64,000 nt of DNA. Origin: Mobula hypostoma (taxonomy: Eukaryota). The translations under genes and the position numbers were made by a program. The stretch is taken from the NCBI RefSeq assembly GCF_963921235.1, contig NC_086097.1, positions 223,202,001 to 223,266,000 on the forward strand, read 5' to 3'. The number at the start of each line of letters is the position of its first letter. The first letter of the stretch is position 1. The notes beneath the pieces are model-generated. The model was not told the origin of the DNA and ran no database searches. It saw nothing but the letters and a program-made list of their open reading frames with translations. Of this stretch, positions 50,217-63,543 are shown in pieces.

Positions 50217-53200
50217 TCATCTAAAGTCTGCTCGCATTGGGGTTATATATTCAATCCATTTATTCCAGATTTGATAAAATGTTTCTTTTTGAGTTCTCAG
50301 GGAGTAGGTCAACTTTTCCATTTTAAATATTTCCAAGATAATTTCGTACCAATCTTCTAATGTAGGTGGTATTGGATTTAGCCATTTTCTAGTGATTGAT
50401 TTCTTACTTGCCGCTAAGAGGGCCTGCAGCAACTTTATATCTTCCTTCTGTTCAAGGAACAATACATGCCCCAAATAGAGCGTCTCAAAGTTCAGAGGTA
50501 TCTGGGACCTAAGTACCTTAACTAATGTTCTATGAATAACTTCCCAAAATAGACTTAATTTAGGGCAATCCCAGAAAATATGAAAATGATTTGCCTCCTT
50601 AGAGCCGCACCTTCTCCAACACATCACATTTGTATCTTTATATTTTTCCTGATATGGGGTCTTGAAGTATCTTATAATGTTTTTCCAACAATGTTCTCTC
50701 CAAGTCAAAGAATTAGTCGAGGACCATTGAAAGCTGCAGATTTTCCCCCAAGCCTCCTCTGAAAGTATCAACCCCACTTCTTACTCCCACTTCTCTTTAA
50801 TATACAGTGTATTTACATTTTTAGCATGGGAGAGTGCATTATATAGGCGAGAAACTGATTTACTAGGTATTGAACTGCAAGCCGAATTCAGAATCTTGAA
50901 AAATTCTAATTCTACTGTTGATAGGTCTGTATATCTACAACTCTGGTTAACATAGTTTCGTATTTGAAGGTACCTAAAAAAGTCATTATGTTCTAGGCCA
51001 TGTTTGTCCTGCAGGATCTGGAAACTTTGTAATACTCTTTTATCTATAAATGAGAGGTAGGTTGTAAGACCTTTCTTTATCCATAGCTCAAATCTTTTAT
51101 CTCCTCTGTTGGGAAGGAATTCGGTATCATATGCACACCATCTAAAGAGTTTTAGCATGTTATTAATTCCATATGAATTAACCACTTTCTGCCATACATT
51201 TAATGTAAGATTTATCCAAGCATTATTAAATTTTTCCAACTGGGCCATCAATCCTTTGTCAGCTATTGAGGCCTGAAGAGGAAAACTGTCAACTAATCCA
51301 AATTCTATTTCCTTCCATCTAGCCTTATATTCCCTATTACACCAATATAACAGAGGGGTTATCTGTGAGGCATAAAAATAATTTCTCAGGCAAGGAAGAA
51401 CCATACCTCCTCTTTCCTTCCCTAACTGTAAAGTGTTATATCGAATTCTAGGTTTCCTTCCTTGCCAAATGAAGCGGGAAATCCATTTGTCCCATTCCCT
51501 GAATTGATTATCATCCACCTCCACTGGTAAAGTACGGAAAAGATATAATAACCAAGGAAGAATATTCATTTTTATAGTATTTATCCTTGAATTTAAACTT
51601 AAAAAGGGGATAAGATTCCATCTATGCATATCTGCTTTTATCTCTGAGATTAATGGCCCATAATTTACCTGTGACAGTGTTGAAAGATCCTTCGGCAGGG
51701 TTATTCCTAAATATTTTAATGATTTAGCTTCCCACTTAAGATCGTATGTATCCTGCAATTTTTTGGATGGTGTATAATTTAGGGACATAACCTGCGTTTT
51801 CTTTACATTTATTTTATAACCTGATATTTTCCCAAAGTCATCCAACAGTGTAAACAATCCTATAAATGATTTTTCTGGTTCACTCAGACCAAAACATCAT
51901 CTGCGAATAACGCCACTTTCTGTTCAATCCCTGCCACCTTGATACCTTTTACGATTTCGCTCTGTCTTATTAGTTGGGCAAGTGGTTCAATATATAGCGC
52001 AAAAAGGAGAGGAGAAATTGGGCGTCCCTGTCTAGTGCCTCTCTCTAAAATGAAGGAGTCAGAGAGGTCCCCATTTATCTTAATTCGGGCTGTTGGGCTG
52101 TCATACAGAGTCTGAATTACTTTAATAAACCTTTCTTGAAAGCCGAATCTTCCTAACACTCTGTATAGGAATGCCCAACTAACCGAATCAAAAGCTTTCT
52201 CAGCGTCCAATCCTACTACCATTGTCTCTGTCTCGTTCTTATTAACCTGTTCTAATATGTGCAAAGTTCTCCTTATGTTGTCCTGTGTTTGTCTTTGTTG
52301 AATAAATCCAGTCTGGTCTAAATGGATTAGGCCAGGTAAAAGCTTTTCCAATCTGCGCACTAATATAGATGTAAATAGTTTGTAATCTAAATTAAGAACA
52401 CTAATTGGCCGATAATTGCCACATTCTAGTTTATCTTTACCCTCTTTAGGAATAACTGAAATAATCGCTTCTCTCCAGGAAGGTGGAGTTTCTCCTCTCT
52501 GCAAGATCCAATTAAAGGTGTTAAGTAGTAATGGGGCTAACTGTGTCTTCAGGGACTTGTACCACTCTGAGATAAACCCATCAGAACCCGGGGACTTTCC
52601 AGCCTTTAACCTAGAGATGGCCACGTTCAGTTCTTTGACAGTTACTGGTTCTAATAAACTTTCATTTTGTAAATCTGTAAGTTTAGGTAGATCTAAAAAA
52701 TACAATACACTGTCTATATAGGGCTCATTGGGGGCCCGGGGTTGGGAGTACAGTTCTCGATAATACGTTTCAAAACTCTCTTGAATTTTCCCTATTGTAC
52801 TCTCCACAAGCTTTGTCTTTGGATTCTTTATTTTATGAATTGTATTGTCTGCTTGTTGTTTTCGTAATTTATATGCTAATAATCTAGCTGATTTACCTCC
52901 TACTTCATAATTCTTTTGTCTCAGGTAAAGAAAATTTCTTTGAGTTTCCAACGTATAAATATCATCAATTTCACTTTGCAATTTCCTAATTTCCTGTTTT
53001 CGATTTGAATTACTTTTGTTGCTATCTCCAACTTGAAGTTGTTTTAATTTTCCTTGAAGGTCTGCTAATTTTTGTGCATTGATCTTTTTCATGTGAGTAG
53101 TAATGGAAATAATTTTCCCTCTCAGTACAGCTTTCAATGTATCCCATAAAATCACTGGTGATGTTTCTCCCATGTCATTAAGGTCTAGATATTCTTTGAT

Positions 53201-53984
53201 TTCTCCCCTTAATCTCTCCATTACTTTTGGGTTATTAAGTATATGTGAGTTTAGCCTCCATAGTGTTTTCCTCATTTTCCTTTCCAGGATTAGAGACATA
53301 GAGACTGGGCTATGATCCGACAGATCAATTGTTGCAATATTACAGTTTTTTATCCTGAGTCTATCTGTATTAAAGATAAAGAAATAGTCTATCCTTGAAT
53401 AGGCTGAATGAGGGAAAGAGTAATATGTATAATCTTTACTAGTAGGGTGTAATTCCCTCCAGACATCTATAATTCCCAACTCCTCCATCAATGAATTCAC
53501 TTTCCGAGTCAGAGGTTTATTCTGAGTAACTATTCTTGAAGAATCTAATATTAAAATCCCCTCCACAAATTACTACCCCTCGAGAACTGACCATTAGGTC
53601 AAAAATGTGTCTATAAAATGACCATTCACTACCTGGAGGAGCATAAACATTCAGCAATGTTATTTCTGTACCTTCTATTCTTCCTGTGATTTTTACAAAC
53701 CGTCCTTCTTTGTCTCTAGTCTCTGAAATATGTTCATAATTAAGAGTACTTGATATTAAAGTAGCTACCCCTCTTTTGTGACTCAATTTATATGATGAAT
53801 AAAATACATGCTTAAAGCCCATTCTTTTTAATTTTCCATGTTCAGATTGGCTCATATGTGTTTCCTGGAGGAAAGCTATTTGTGCCCTCTCTTTTTTCAA
53901 TTTAGACATAATCTTATTTCTTTTAATTGGATTCAAAACCGCATTAACATTATAGGAAATTATTTTTACCAATTCAGTTTGCAT
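50217..53984 (-). pseudogene. L1 ORF2 (APE endonuclease, reverse transcriptase, CCHC), disrupted
   Basis: ISYNVN, FLQETH, GGDFN, SDHSP, GLDAEKAFDSV, GTRQGRPISPLLF, LFADD and CWRRC..HIFWDC. Frameshifts near 53545 and 51885; in-frame TAA at 50781-50783. Confidence 0.93.
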
Positions 53985-54344
53985 TTTTTTCTAGTAGAGA
54001 AAAAGCACTCTCCTTTTCTAAGCAAACAGTAAGCAATCCCTTCTCAACAGTAAACCAAGACATATAACCACACCCTAGACATTTCTGAACGTATAACATT
54101 TGAAAATTTTCCCCGACTTCCCAGTGAGGCCTGAGCACCGACCCGCCTCAGTTCAGAGGGATAACCTCTATCTTCACCCTGTGTTAGAGGGCCCTCAGCA
54201 GTTTGAATAATCATAGAGAATTTTCTCCTATTTATGTCTCGACCATATTGCTATCATTCAAGTTATTCCGCCTAGATTATTTTCAATTACCAGTTTTCAT
54301 TTTACTTTTAAGTCCGATTTACTCTTTTCAGTCATTTCTCTTAA

Positions 54345-55319
54345 TTAATCTGTATTCTCTGTACATTCGCGTCTGAATATTTGCAGCTTTTCCTTGTAGT
54401 TTGACACTCTGTTTCGAGTGGAGTGTCCTCGCCCCACTAACTGCCACGACTTCTGCCGAATCCTCTCCAGTAGCGACTCCGGTTGGGTGATAACTTTAAT
54501 AGGTAGTCCCCGGTCCGCCAGGTCCAACGTTGCCTCCTCCACCGTAGCGTAAGTTTTTGTCCCTTCGTCGTAAAAGACTCTCAGCCGAGCTGGATACAGG
54601 GTCTGGAATCTGATGTTGTTTTCCTTCAGGACTCTCCGTGTTTCCGTATATTCCTTCCGTCTGGCAAGAATCCCCGGTGCGTAGTCGTGGTCTAAACTGA
54701 TTTTACAGTTGTTCCACATGAAACCTTTCTTTTGCCATGCTCTTTTAAGCACCTCTTCCTTCGTTCTGTAACTGAGAAATCTGATCAGAATCGATCTGGG
54801 CTGGGTGCCTGCCGGGGGCTGTGGTGCCAACGCGCGGTGAGCCCTTTCTATCTATAGGTCTTTTGCGGCCGGTATATCAAGGTTCTCTCTAAGCAGCTTC
54901 TCCACGAAGGGAATCATCAATCCGGGTTTACCTTCGGTTCCTTCGGGAACTCCGTAGATCCTCATATTTTCCCTTCTCGAGCGGCCTTCTTGATCTATTA
55001 GTTTCCACTGGAGTTGGTCTTGTAGCTTTAGCATTTCTGCTATCACTTCCTCGGCATTTTGTAGCTTCTCTTCAATTCCAACAATCCTTGCTTCGGCTTC
55101 ATCTATCCGCGAGTTAGTTTTTACTATTTCTCCTTTAATATCTTCCAGCTGTTTGCTGTTATCTTGTCGGAACTCGCGAATCTCTCCGAGAATCAAAGAC
55201 AGAGTCACCGATTCCCCCTCATTATCTCCGTCCTCGCTTGCCGTGGGAGAGCTAGGCTGCATCTCTTTATGTTTATCAGCCTTCGAAGCGGACTTTTTAT
55301 TCTTGTTCTTAGACATCAT
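54345..55319 (-). pseudogene. L1 ORF1 (coiled coil, RRM, CTD) with one premature stop
   Basis: EGRSRRENMRIYGVPEG, DL*IERAHRAL (TAG at 54852-54854) and LYPARLRVF. The two track ORFs are in the same frame. Confidence 0.92.
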
Positions 55320-55824
55320 CCTTGCCCCTTTTATTAATATAGTTATGCAATATTAAGTATTTGTCTAAATTCGATTTTGGGGCAGTTTACCTTCTTTTTT
55401 GACGAGAGACCTTTTCCTTAAGCCGCCATTCCCTTGATCGGTCCACTCACTTTTTCAAGAGTTTTGCAGGCAATCCTGTAAAAGGTGCTAAAACCTTTCC
55501 ATGTTTAAATCAATCTTAAATAGATTGTAGGCAGCTGGCAGGTTCATCTGATAAACAGAGCAGACTAATACACTGTTGAAGTGAAGGTCCAGGACCTTGT
55601 GCCTGGACATGGTACACATCTGTTATGTGTCTAAAAACAATAAAAACATAATTACTACACTAACTTGTTTGGAGTTTCAGAGCAATACAGCATGGATACA
55701 GGCCCTTTGGCACAAACAGATCATGTCAACCACTGTGCCCACTCAGCTGGTCCCAGTTTCTTGCATTTAAGCCCATACCCTTCTAAGCCCTGCACCTCCA
55801 CATCCTTTTCCAAATGCTTCCCAA

Positions 55825-58080
55825 ATGACCATAAGAACATAAGATTTAAGAGCAGAATTTGGCCATTTAGACTATCGAGTCTGCTCCGCCATTTCATTAT
55901 GTCTGATCCAATATTCCTCTCAGCCCCAATCTCCTCCTTATTTCCATATCCCTTCATGCCCTGAACTATCAAGAATCATCAATTTCTGCTCAAGTATACA
56001 TAAAGATTTGACCTTCACAGCTGCTTGTGGTAAAGAATTACACAAATTCATCACTCTCCGGCTAAAGGCGTTCCTCCTTATCTCCACTGTAAAAGGATGC
56101 CCCTCTATTCTGAGACTGTGTCCTCTGGTCTTAGACTCTCCCACCATAGGGAACACCATCTCAACTTACAAACTATTAATGCCTTTCACCATTTGATCGG
56201 TTTCAGTGAGGTCACCCCTCATTCTTCTGAATTCCAGTCAATACAGGGCAAGAGCCATCAAACGTTCTTCATATGACAAGCCATTCAATCCCAGAATCAT
56301 TTTCATGAACCTCCTTTGAACTCTCTCCAGTTTCAGCACATCCTTTCTAAGACAAGGGGCCCAAAACTGCTCACAATATTCTAAATGCAGCCAGGATAAA
56401 GGGGAAGCCTTTTAGGACCGAGATTAGGAAAAACTTCTTCACACAGAGAGTGGTGAATCTGTGGAATTCTCTGCCACAGGAAACAGTTGAGGCCAGTTCA
56501 TTGGCTATATTTAAGAGGGATTTAGATATGGCCCTTGTGGCTACAGGGATCAGGGTGTATGGAGGGAAGGCTGGAGCAGGGTTCTGAGTTGGATGATCAG
56601 CCATGATCATAATAAATGGCGGTGCAGGCTCGAAGGGCCGAATGGCCCAGTCCTGCACCTTCTTTCTATGTTTCTAACCAGGCTTTATAAAGTCTCAACA
56701 TTACATCCTTGCTTTTATATTCTAGTCCTCTTGAAATGAATGCTATAATTGCATTTGCCTTCCTCAACAAAGACTCAATCTATAAATTAACATTTAGGGA
56801 ACCCTGCACAAGGACTCCCAAGTCCCTTTGCACGTCAGTGTTTCTGTATTCTCTCTCCTTATAGAAAATAGTTTACTCTTTCATTTCTTCTACCTAAGTG
56901 CATGACCATACACTTCCCAACACTGAATTCCATCTACCATTTCCTTGCCTATTCTTCTAATCCGTCTGTCCTTCTGTAGCCTCTCTACTTCCTCAAAATT
57001 ACCTGCCCCTCCACTTATCTTCATATCGTTGGCAGACTTTGCAAAAAAGCCATCAATTCCATCATCCCATAAAAAGAATTAGACCCAACACAGACCCCTG
57101 TGGAACATCACCAGTCAGCAGTAGCCAGACAAAAAAGCTCCCTTTATTCCCACTCTTTGCCTTCTGCCAATCAGCCACTGCTTTGTCCATGCCAGAATCT
57201 TTCCTGTAGTACCATGGGCTCGTAGCTTGATAAGCAGCCTTATACGTGGCACCATGTCAAAGGCCTTCTGGAAATCCAAGTACACAACATCAACCATTTC
57301 TCCTTTGTCTATCCTGCTTGTTATTTCTTTAAAAAATTCCACCAGGTTTGTCAGGCAAGATTGTCCCTTGAGGAAGCCATGCTAACTATGGCCTATTTTA
57401 TCATGTGCCTCCAAGTACCCTGAGACCTCATCCTTAGTAACCAACTCCAACAGCTTCCCAACCACTGAGGTCAGACTAACTGACCAATAGTTTTCTTTCT
57501 TCTGTCTCTTTGCCTTCTTGAAGAGTGGAGTGACATTTGCAATTTTCCAGTCTTCTGGAACCACCTGAGAATCTAGTGATTTTTGAAAAATCATTACTAA
57601 TGCCTCCACCATTTCTACAGCCACCTTTTTCAGAAATCTGGTGTGTACAGCATCTAGTCCAGGTGAGTTATCTACCTTCAGACCTTTCAGTTTCAACCTT
57701 CTCTCTCGTTATGGTACTTCATACACTTCATGACCCCTGACATCCACCATATTGCTAACTACCTGTAGGTGTAACTATTTCTCTACATGTCCTATCTATC
57801 ACCACCACAGCCTCCTGAGTGATCTGCTGTTCATCCAGTTCTAGCTCCGACTCCAGCTCCAACTCTTTAACACAGATTGTCAGAAGCTGTAGCAGGGTGA
57901 ACTTCTCGTAGTTGTAGTCGCCAGGGACATTCGAGATCTCCCTCCCTTCCCACATCCTGCAAGGAGAGCATTCAGGTATCCCACCTGTCATCTCTACAGT
58001 CGTAGCTGAGCAGATATAAAGAAGAGAAGGAAAAAAACTTGAGCTTTCCTTTGCTTTCTCTGACTGAAGCCTCAAGATCA
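55825..58080 (-). mobile_element. Old CR1 LINE with an internal deletion (ORF1 start joined to the RT region)
   Basis: ECSPCRMWE...ELELESELELDE at 57755-58081 directly abuts KLKGLKVDNSPGLD. Same family as 25040-29060. Confidence 0.88.
56393..56676 (+). mobile_element. Short 3' copy of the young CR1 family, nested in the older CR1
   Basis: Nearly identical to 43914-44190 and to the reverse complement of 59640-59910; TTTCTATGTTTCTA tail. Confidence 0.92.
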
Positions 58081-58329
58081 CACTCTATGTCCACCCATTT
58101 GACAGCCGGTCCGACAATAGGCGCTTAGCTTGCCCTGGCTTTCCTTAATTTGCTCTTGCTAGTCAATCCCAAATGCTGATTGGTTGTTAGTCAATGCTCT
58201 TTTTCGCTGTACTGACCTTTTATCCTCGGGTAGTGGACCTGATTGAAGTTCCATCCTTTCAAAACTTCTGATGTGTGGATTGGCCGCTGGTCAAAGCTCT
58301 TTGTTTTTGGATCATGTGTTCACTGATAC

Positions 58330-58850
58330 CCATCCACTTCTGGCAGCCTGTTCCATATTCGCACTGCTGTGTGAAAAACTTGCTCCTCAGATCTCTATTA
58401 AGTCTCCCTAAATTTATACCCTTTAGTTTTGTACTTCCTGACCCTGGGGAAAAGACTTACCATCCACATTATCTATGCCTCTCATAATTTAAAACATTTC
58501 TATCAGGGAACTCTTCACTCTCCTACGTTCCAAGGAATAAAAACCTAACCCGTCCAACCTCTCCCTACAGCTCAGATCCCCTGGTCCTTGCAATGTCCTC
58601 AAATCTTATCTGCAGTCTTTCCAGTTTAACAGCACTTCTGCTACAACAAGGTGACCAACACAGTACACAGTCCCCCAAGTGTGCCCTCACTACTTATGCA
58701 ACTGCAGTATAATGTCCCAACTCCTGACCCAGTGCTCTGACTGACAAACACCAGCATGCTAAACACCTTTATCACCATCTGCTGACGCCACTTTCAACAA
58801 ACATGTAGTTTTAAGTCCCTGTGTTCCACTAAACTCCCTAGTGCCCTACC
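58330..58850 (-). mobile_element. Old CR1 3' fragment
   Basis: Decayed similarity to the CR1 C-terminal coding region (ggtgaccaacacagtacacagtcccccaagtgtg). Confidence 0.6.
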
Positions 58851-58899
58851 ATTTATTTACACACTTTCGCAAATACCAGTGTTTAATCAAGGTCTTTAT

Positions 58900-59290
58900 A
58901 GAAACATAGAAAACATACAGCACAATACAGGCCCTTCGGCCCACAAAGCTGTGCCGAACATGTCCCTACCTTAGAACTACCTGGGCTTTACCCATAGCCC
59001 TCTATTTATCCAAGCTCCATGTAGCCATCCAGGAGTCTCTTAAAAGACCCTATCATTTCCACCTCCACCACCGCCACTGGCAGCCCATTCCACGCACTCA
59101 CCCTTACCCCTGACATCTCCTCTGTACCTGCTTCCAAGCACCTTAAAACTATGCCCCCTTGTGCTAGCCATTTCAGCCCTGGGGAAGAGCCTTTGACTAT
59201 CCACATGATCAATGCCTCTCATTACCTTGTACACCTCTATCAGGTCACCTCTCATCCTCCGTCGCTCCAAGGAGAAAAGGCCGAGTTCAC
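58900..59290 (-). mobile_element. CR1 3' end
   Basis: ERRRMRGDLIEVYKVMRGIDHVDSQRLFP; tail atagaaacatagaaa at about 58899. Confidence 0.88.
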
Positions 59291-59626
59291 TTTAGAATTG
59301 TAAAGTCAAGAAATAAAAGTTTAGAGATGCGGTGGGGTTAGGGGTCGCTGTCGTATGGCGAGTTGTTGGTGAGGAGAGAGTACTATAAAAATACTGAAAT
59401 AATGAATTACTTTCCCACGTTGTGGAGTCTCCACTACCAGGAATACAAAAAAATTACACACAAGTCCAAAATGTTGACGACGGGCGGGGAAGTAGGTAAA
59501 GAGGTAAAAGATCATGGGACTGAGAGCTATGAGGACCTGGCACAGAGGAGTTGTGGCCTAGGGCAGATCAGCCATCATGATTGTGAGTGATGGCACAGGC
59601 TCAGAGGGCCAATCCCTGCACTGCAC

Positions 59627-62600
59627 CATAGAAAACATAAAAAATAGGTGCAGGAGTAGGCCATTCGGCCCTTCGAGCCTGCACCGCCATTTATTATGAT
59701 CATGGCTGATCATCCAACTCAGAACCCTGCACCAGCCTTCCCTCCATACCCTCTGATCCCTCTAGCCACAAGGGCCATATCTAACTCCCTCTTAAATATA
59801 GCCAATGAACTGGCCTCAACTGTTTCCTGTGGCAGAGAATTCCACAGATTCACCACTCTCTGTGTGAAGAAGTTTTTCCTAATCTCGGTCCTAAAAGGCT
59901 TCGCCTTTATCCTCAAACTGTGACCTCTCGTTCTGGACTTCCCCAACATCGGGAACGATCTTCCTGCATCTAGCCTGTCCAATCCCTTTAGGATTTTATA
60001 CGTTTCAATCAGATCCCCCCTCAATCTTCTAAATTCCAACGAGTATAAGCCTAGTTCATCCAGTCTTTCTTCATATGAAAGTCCTGCCATCCCAGGAATC
60101 AATCTGGTGAACCTTCTTTGTACTCCCTCTATGGCAAGGATGTCTTTCCTCAGATTAGGGGACCAAAACTGCACACAATACTCCAGGTTGTGGTCTCACC
60201 AAGGCCTTGTACAACTGCAGTAGTACCTCCCTGCTCCTATACTCGAATTCTCTCGCTATAAATGCCAGCATACCATTCGCCTTTTTCACCGCCTGCTGTA
60301 CCTGCATGCCCACTTTCAATGACTGGTGTATAATGACACCCAGGTCTCGTTGCACCTCCCCTTTTCCTAATCGGCCACCATTCAGATAATAATCTGTTTT
60401 CCTATTTTTGCCACCAAAGTGGATAACTTCACATTTATCCACATTAAATTGCATCTGCCATGAATTTGCCCACTCACCCAACCTATCCAAGTCACCCTGC
60501 ATCCTCTTAGCATCCTCCTCACAGCTAACACTGCCACCCAGCTTCGTGTCATCCGCAAACTTGGAGATGCTGCATTTAATTCCCTTATCCAAGTCATTAA
60601 TATATATTGTAAACAACTGGGGTCCCAGCACTGAGCCTTGCGGTACCCCACTAGTCACTGCCTGCCATTCTGAAAAGGTCCCGTTTATTCCCACTCTTTG
60701 CTTCCTGTCTGCTAACCAATTCTCCATCCACATCAATACCTTACCCCCAATACCGTGTGCTTTATGTTTGCACACTAATCTCCTGTGTGGGACCTTGTCA
60801 AAAGCCTTTTGAAAATCCAAATATACCACATCCACTGGTTCTCCCCTATCCACTCTACTAGTTACATCCTCAAAAAATTCTATGAGATTCGTCAGACATG
60901 ATTTTCCTTTCACAAATCCATGCTGACTTTGTCCGATGATTTCACCGCTTTCCAAATGTGCTGTTATCACATCTTTGATAACTGACTCCAGCAGTTTCCC
61001 CACCACCGACGTTAGGCTAACCGGTCTATAATTCCCCGGTTTCTCTCTCCCTCCTTTTTTAAAAAGTGGGGTTACATTAGCCACCCTCCAATCCTCAGGA
61101 ACTAGTCCAGAAACTAACGAGTTTTGAAAAATTATCACTAATGCATCCAATATTTCTTGGGCTACTTCCTTAAGCACTCTAGGATGCAGACCATCTGGCC
61201 CTGGGGATTTATCTGCCTTTAATCCCTTCAATTTACCTAACACCACTTCCCTACTAACATGTATTTCGCTCAGTTCCTCCATCTCACTGGACCCTCTGTC
61301 CCCTACTATTTCTGGAAGATTATTTATATCCTCCTTAGTGAAGACAGAACCAAAGTAATTATTCAATTGGTCTGCCATGTCCTTGCTCCCCATAATCAAT
61401 TCACCTGTTTCTGTCTGTAGGGGACCTACATTTGTCTTTACTAGTCTTTTCCTTTTTACATATCTATAAAAGCTTTTACAGTCAGTTTTTATGTTCCCTG
61501 CCAGTTTTCTCTCATAATCTTTTTTCTTTGTCCTCCTCTGCTGAACTCTGAATTTCTCCCAGTCCTCAGGTGAGCCACTTTTTCTGGTTAATTTGTATGC
61601 TTCTTCTTTGGAATTGATACTATCCCTAATTTCCCTTGTTAGCCACGGGTGCACTACCTTCCTTGATTTATTCTTTTGCCAAACTGGGATGAACAATTGT
61701 TGTAGTTCATTATGCAATCTTTAAATGCTTGCCATTGCATACCCACCGTCAATCCTTTAAGTGTCATTTGCCAGTCTATCTTAGCTAATTCACGTCTCAT
61801 ACCTTCAAAGTTACCCCTCTTTAAGTTCAGAACCTTTGTTTCTGAATTAACTATCTCACTCTCCATCTTAATGAAGAATTCCACCATATTATGGTCACTC
61901 TTACCCAAGGGGCCTCTCACGACAAGATTGCTAATTAACCCTTCCTCATTGCTCAAAACCCAGTCCAGAATAGCCTGCTCTCTAGTTGGTTCCTCGACAT
62001 GTTGGTTCAAAAAACCATCCCGCATACATTCCAAGAAATCCTCTTCCTCAGCACCTTTACCAATTTGGTTCACCCAATCTACATGTAGATTGAAGTCACC
62101 CATTATAACTGCTGTTCCTTTATTGCACAGATTTCTAATTTCCTGTTTAATACCATCCCCGACCTCACTACTACTGTTAGGTGGCCTGTACACAACTCCC
62201 ACCAGCGTTTTCTGCCCCTTAGTGTTATGCAGCTCTACCCATATCGATTCCACATCTTCCCGGCTTATGTCCTTCCTTTCTATTGCGTTAATCTCTTCTT
62301 TAACCAGCAACGCCACCCCACCTCCTTTTCTTTCATGTCTATCCCTCCTGAATATTGAATATCCCTGAACGTTGAGCTCCCATCCCTGGTCACACTGGAG
62401 CCATGTCTCTGTGATCCCAACTATATCATAATCATTAATAACAATCTGCACTTTCAATTCATCCACTTTGTTATGAATGCTCCTGGCATTGACACACGAA
62501 GCCTTCAGCCGCTCTTTTACAACTCTCTTAGCCCTTATACAATTATGTTGAAAAGTGGCCCTTTTTGATGTTTGCCCTGGATTTGTCGGCCTGCCACTTT

Positions 62601-63543
62601 TACTTTTCTCCTTACTACTTTTTGCTTCTACCCTCACTTTACACCCCTCTGTCTCTCTGCACTGGTTCCCATCCCCCTGTTGTGAACTAACCTCCTCTCG
62701 TCTAGCCTCTTTAATTTGATTCCCACCCCCTTACCATTCTAGTTTAAAGTCACCTCAGTAGCCCTCGCTAATCTCCCTGCCAGGATATTGGTCCCCCTAG
62801 GATTCAAGTGTAACCCGTCCTTTTTGTACAGGTCACGGCTGCACCAAAAGAGGTCCCAATGATCCAAAAACTTGAATCCCTGCCTCCTGATCCAATCCCT
62901 CAGCCACGCATTTATCCTCCACCTCATCGCATTCCTACTCTCACTGTCGCGTGGCACAGGCAGTAATCCCGAGATTACTACCTTTGCGGTCCTTTTTCTC
63001 AACTCCCTTCCTAGCTCCCTATATTCTCCTTTCAGGACCTCATCCCTTTTCCTATCTATGTCATTGGTACCTATATGTACCACGACCTCTGGCTCCTCAC
63101 CCTCCCACTTCAGGATATCTTGGACACGATCAGAGATATCCCGGACCCTGGCACCAGGGAGGCAAACTACCATCCACGTCCACAGAATCGCCTATCTGAC
63201 CCCCTTACTATCGAGTCCCCTATCACAACTGCCCTCCTCTTCCTTTCCCTACCCTTCTGAGCTACAGGGCTGGACTCTGTGCCAGAGGCACGGCCACTGT
63301 CGCTTCCCCCAGGTAAGCTGTCCCCCCCAACAGTACTTAAACAGGAGTACCTATTGTTAAGGGGCACAGCCACTGGGGTACTCTCTATTACCTGACTCTT
63401 CCCCTTCCCCCTCCTAACTGTGACCCACTGGTCTGCCTCCCATGGCCCCAGTGTGACCACCTGCCTATAACTCCTCTCTATCAACTCCTCACTCTCCCTG
63501 ACCAGACGAAGGTCATCGAGCTGCAGCTCCAGTTCCGTAACCA
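59627..63543 (-). mobile_element. Young, nearly complete CR1 LINE (ORF1 SGNH esterase; ORF2 APE-RT)
   Basis: ORF1: ELELQLDDLR, VIGDSIVRG, CLPGARV, HIGTNDI, KDGLHLN. ORF2: VNARSI, GITETWL, MGDFN, KSDH, KFADDTK. A few frameshifts (near 63170, 61710, 60185). Almost identical to 42071-44210. Confidence 0.96.

Larger units (their letters stand above)
49660..55439 (-). mobile_element. Full-length L1-clade LINE (~5.8 kb) with TSD GGTCCACT
   Basis: TSD at 49652-49659 and 55440-55447; A-rich tail with AATAAA at about 49660-49690; ORF1 and ORF2 separated by a ~360-bp spacer. Confidence 0.96.
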
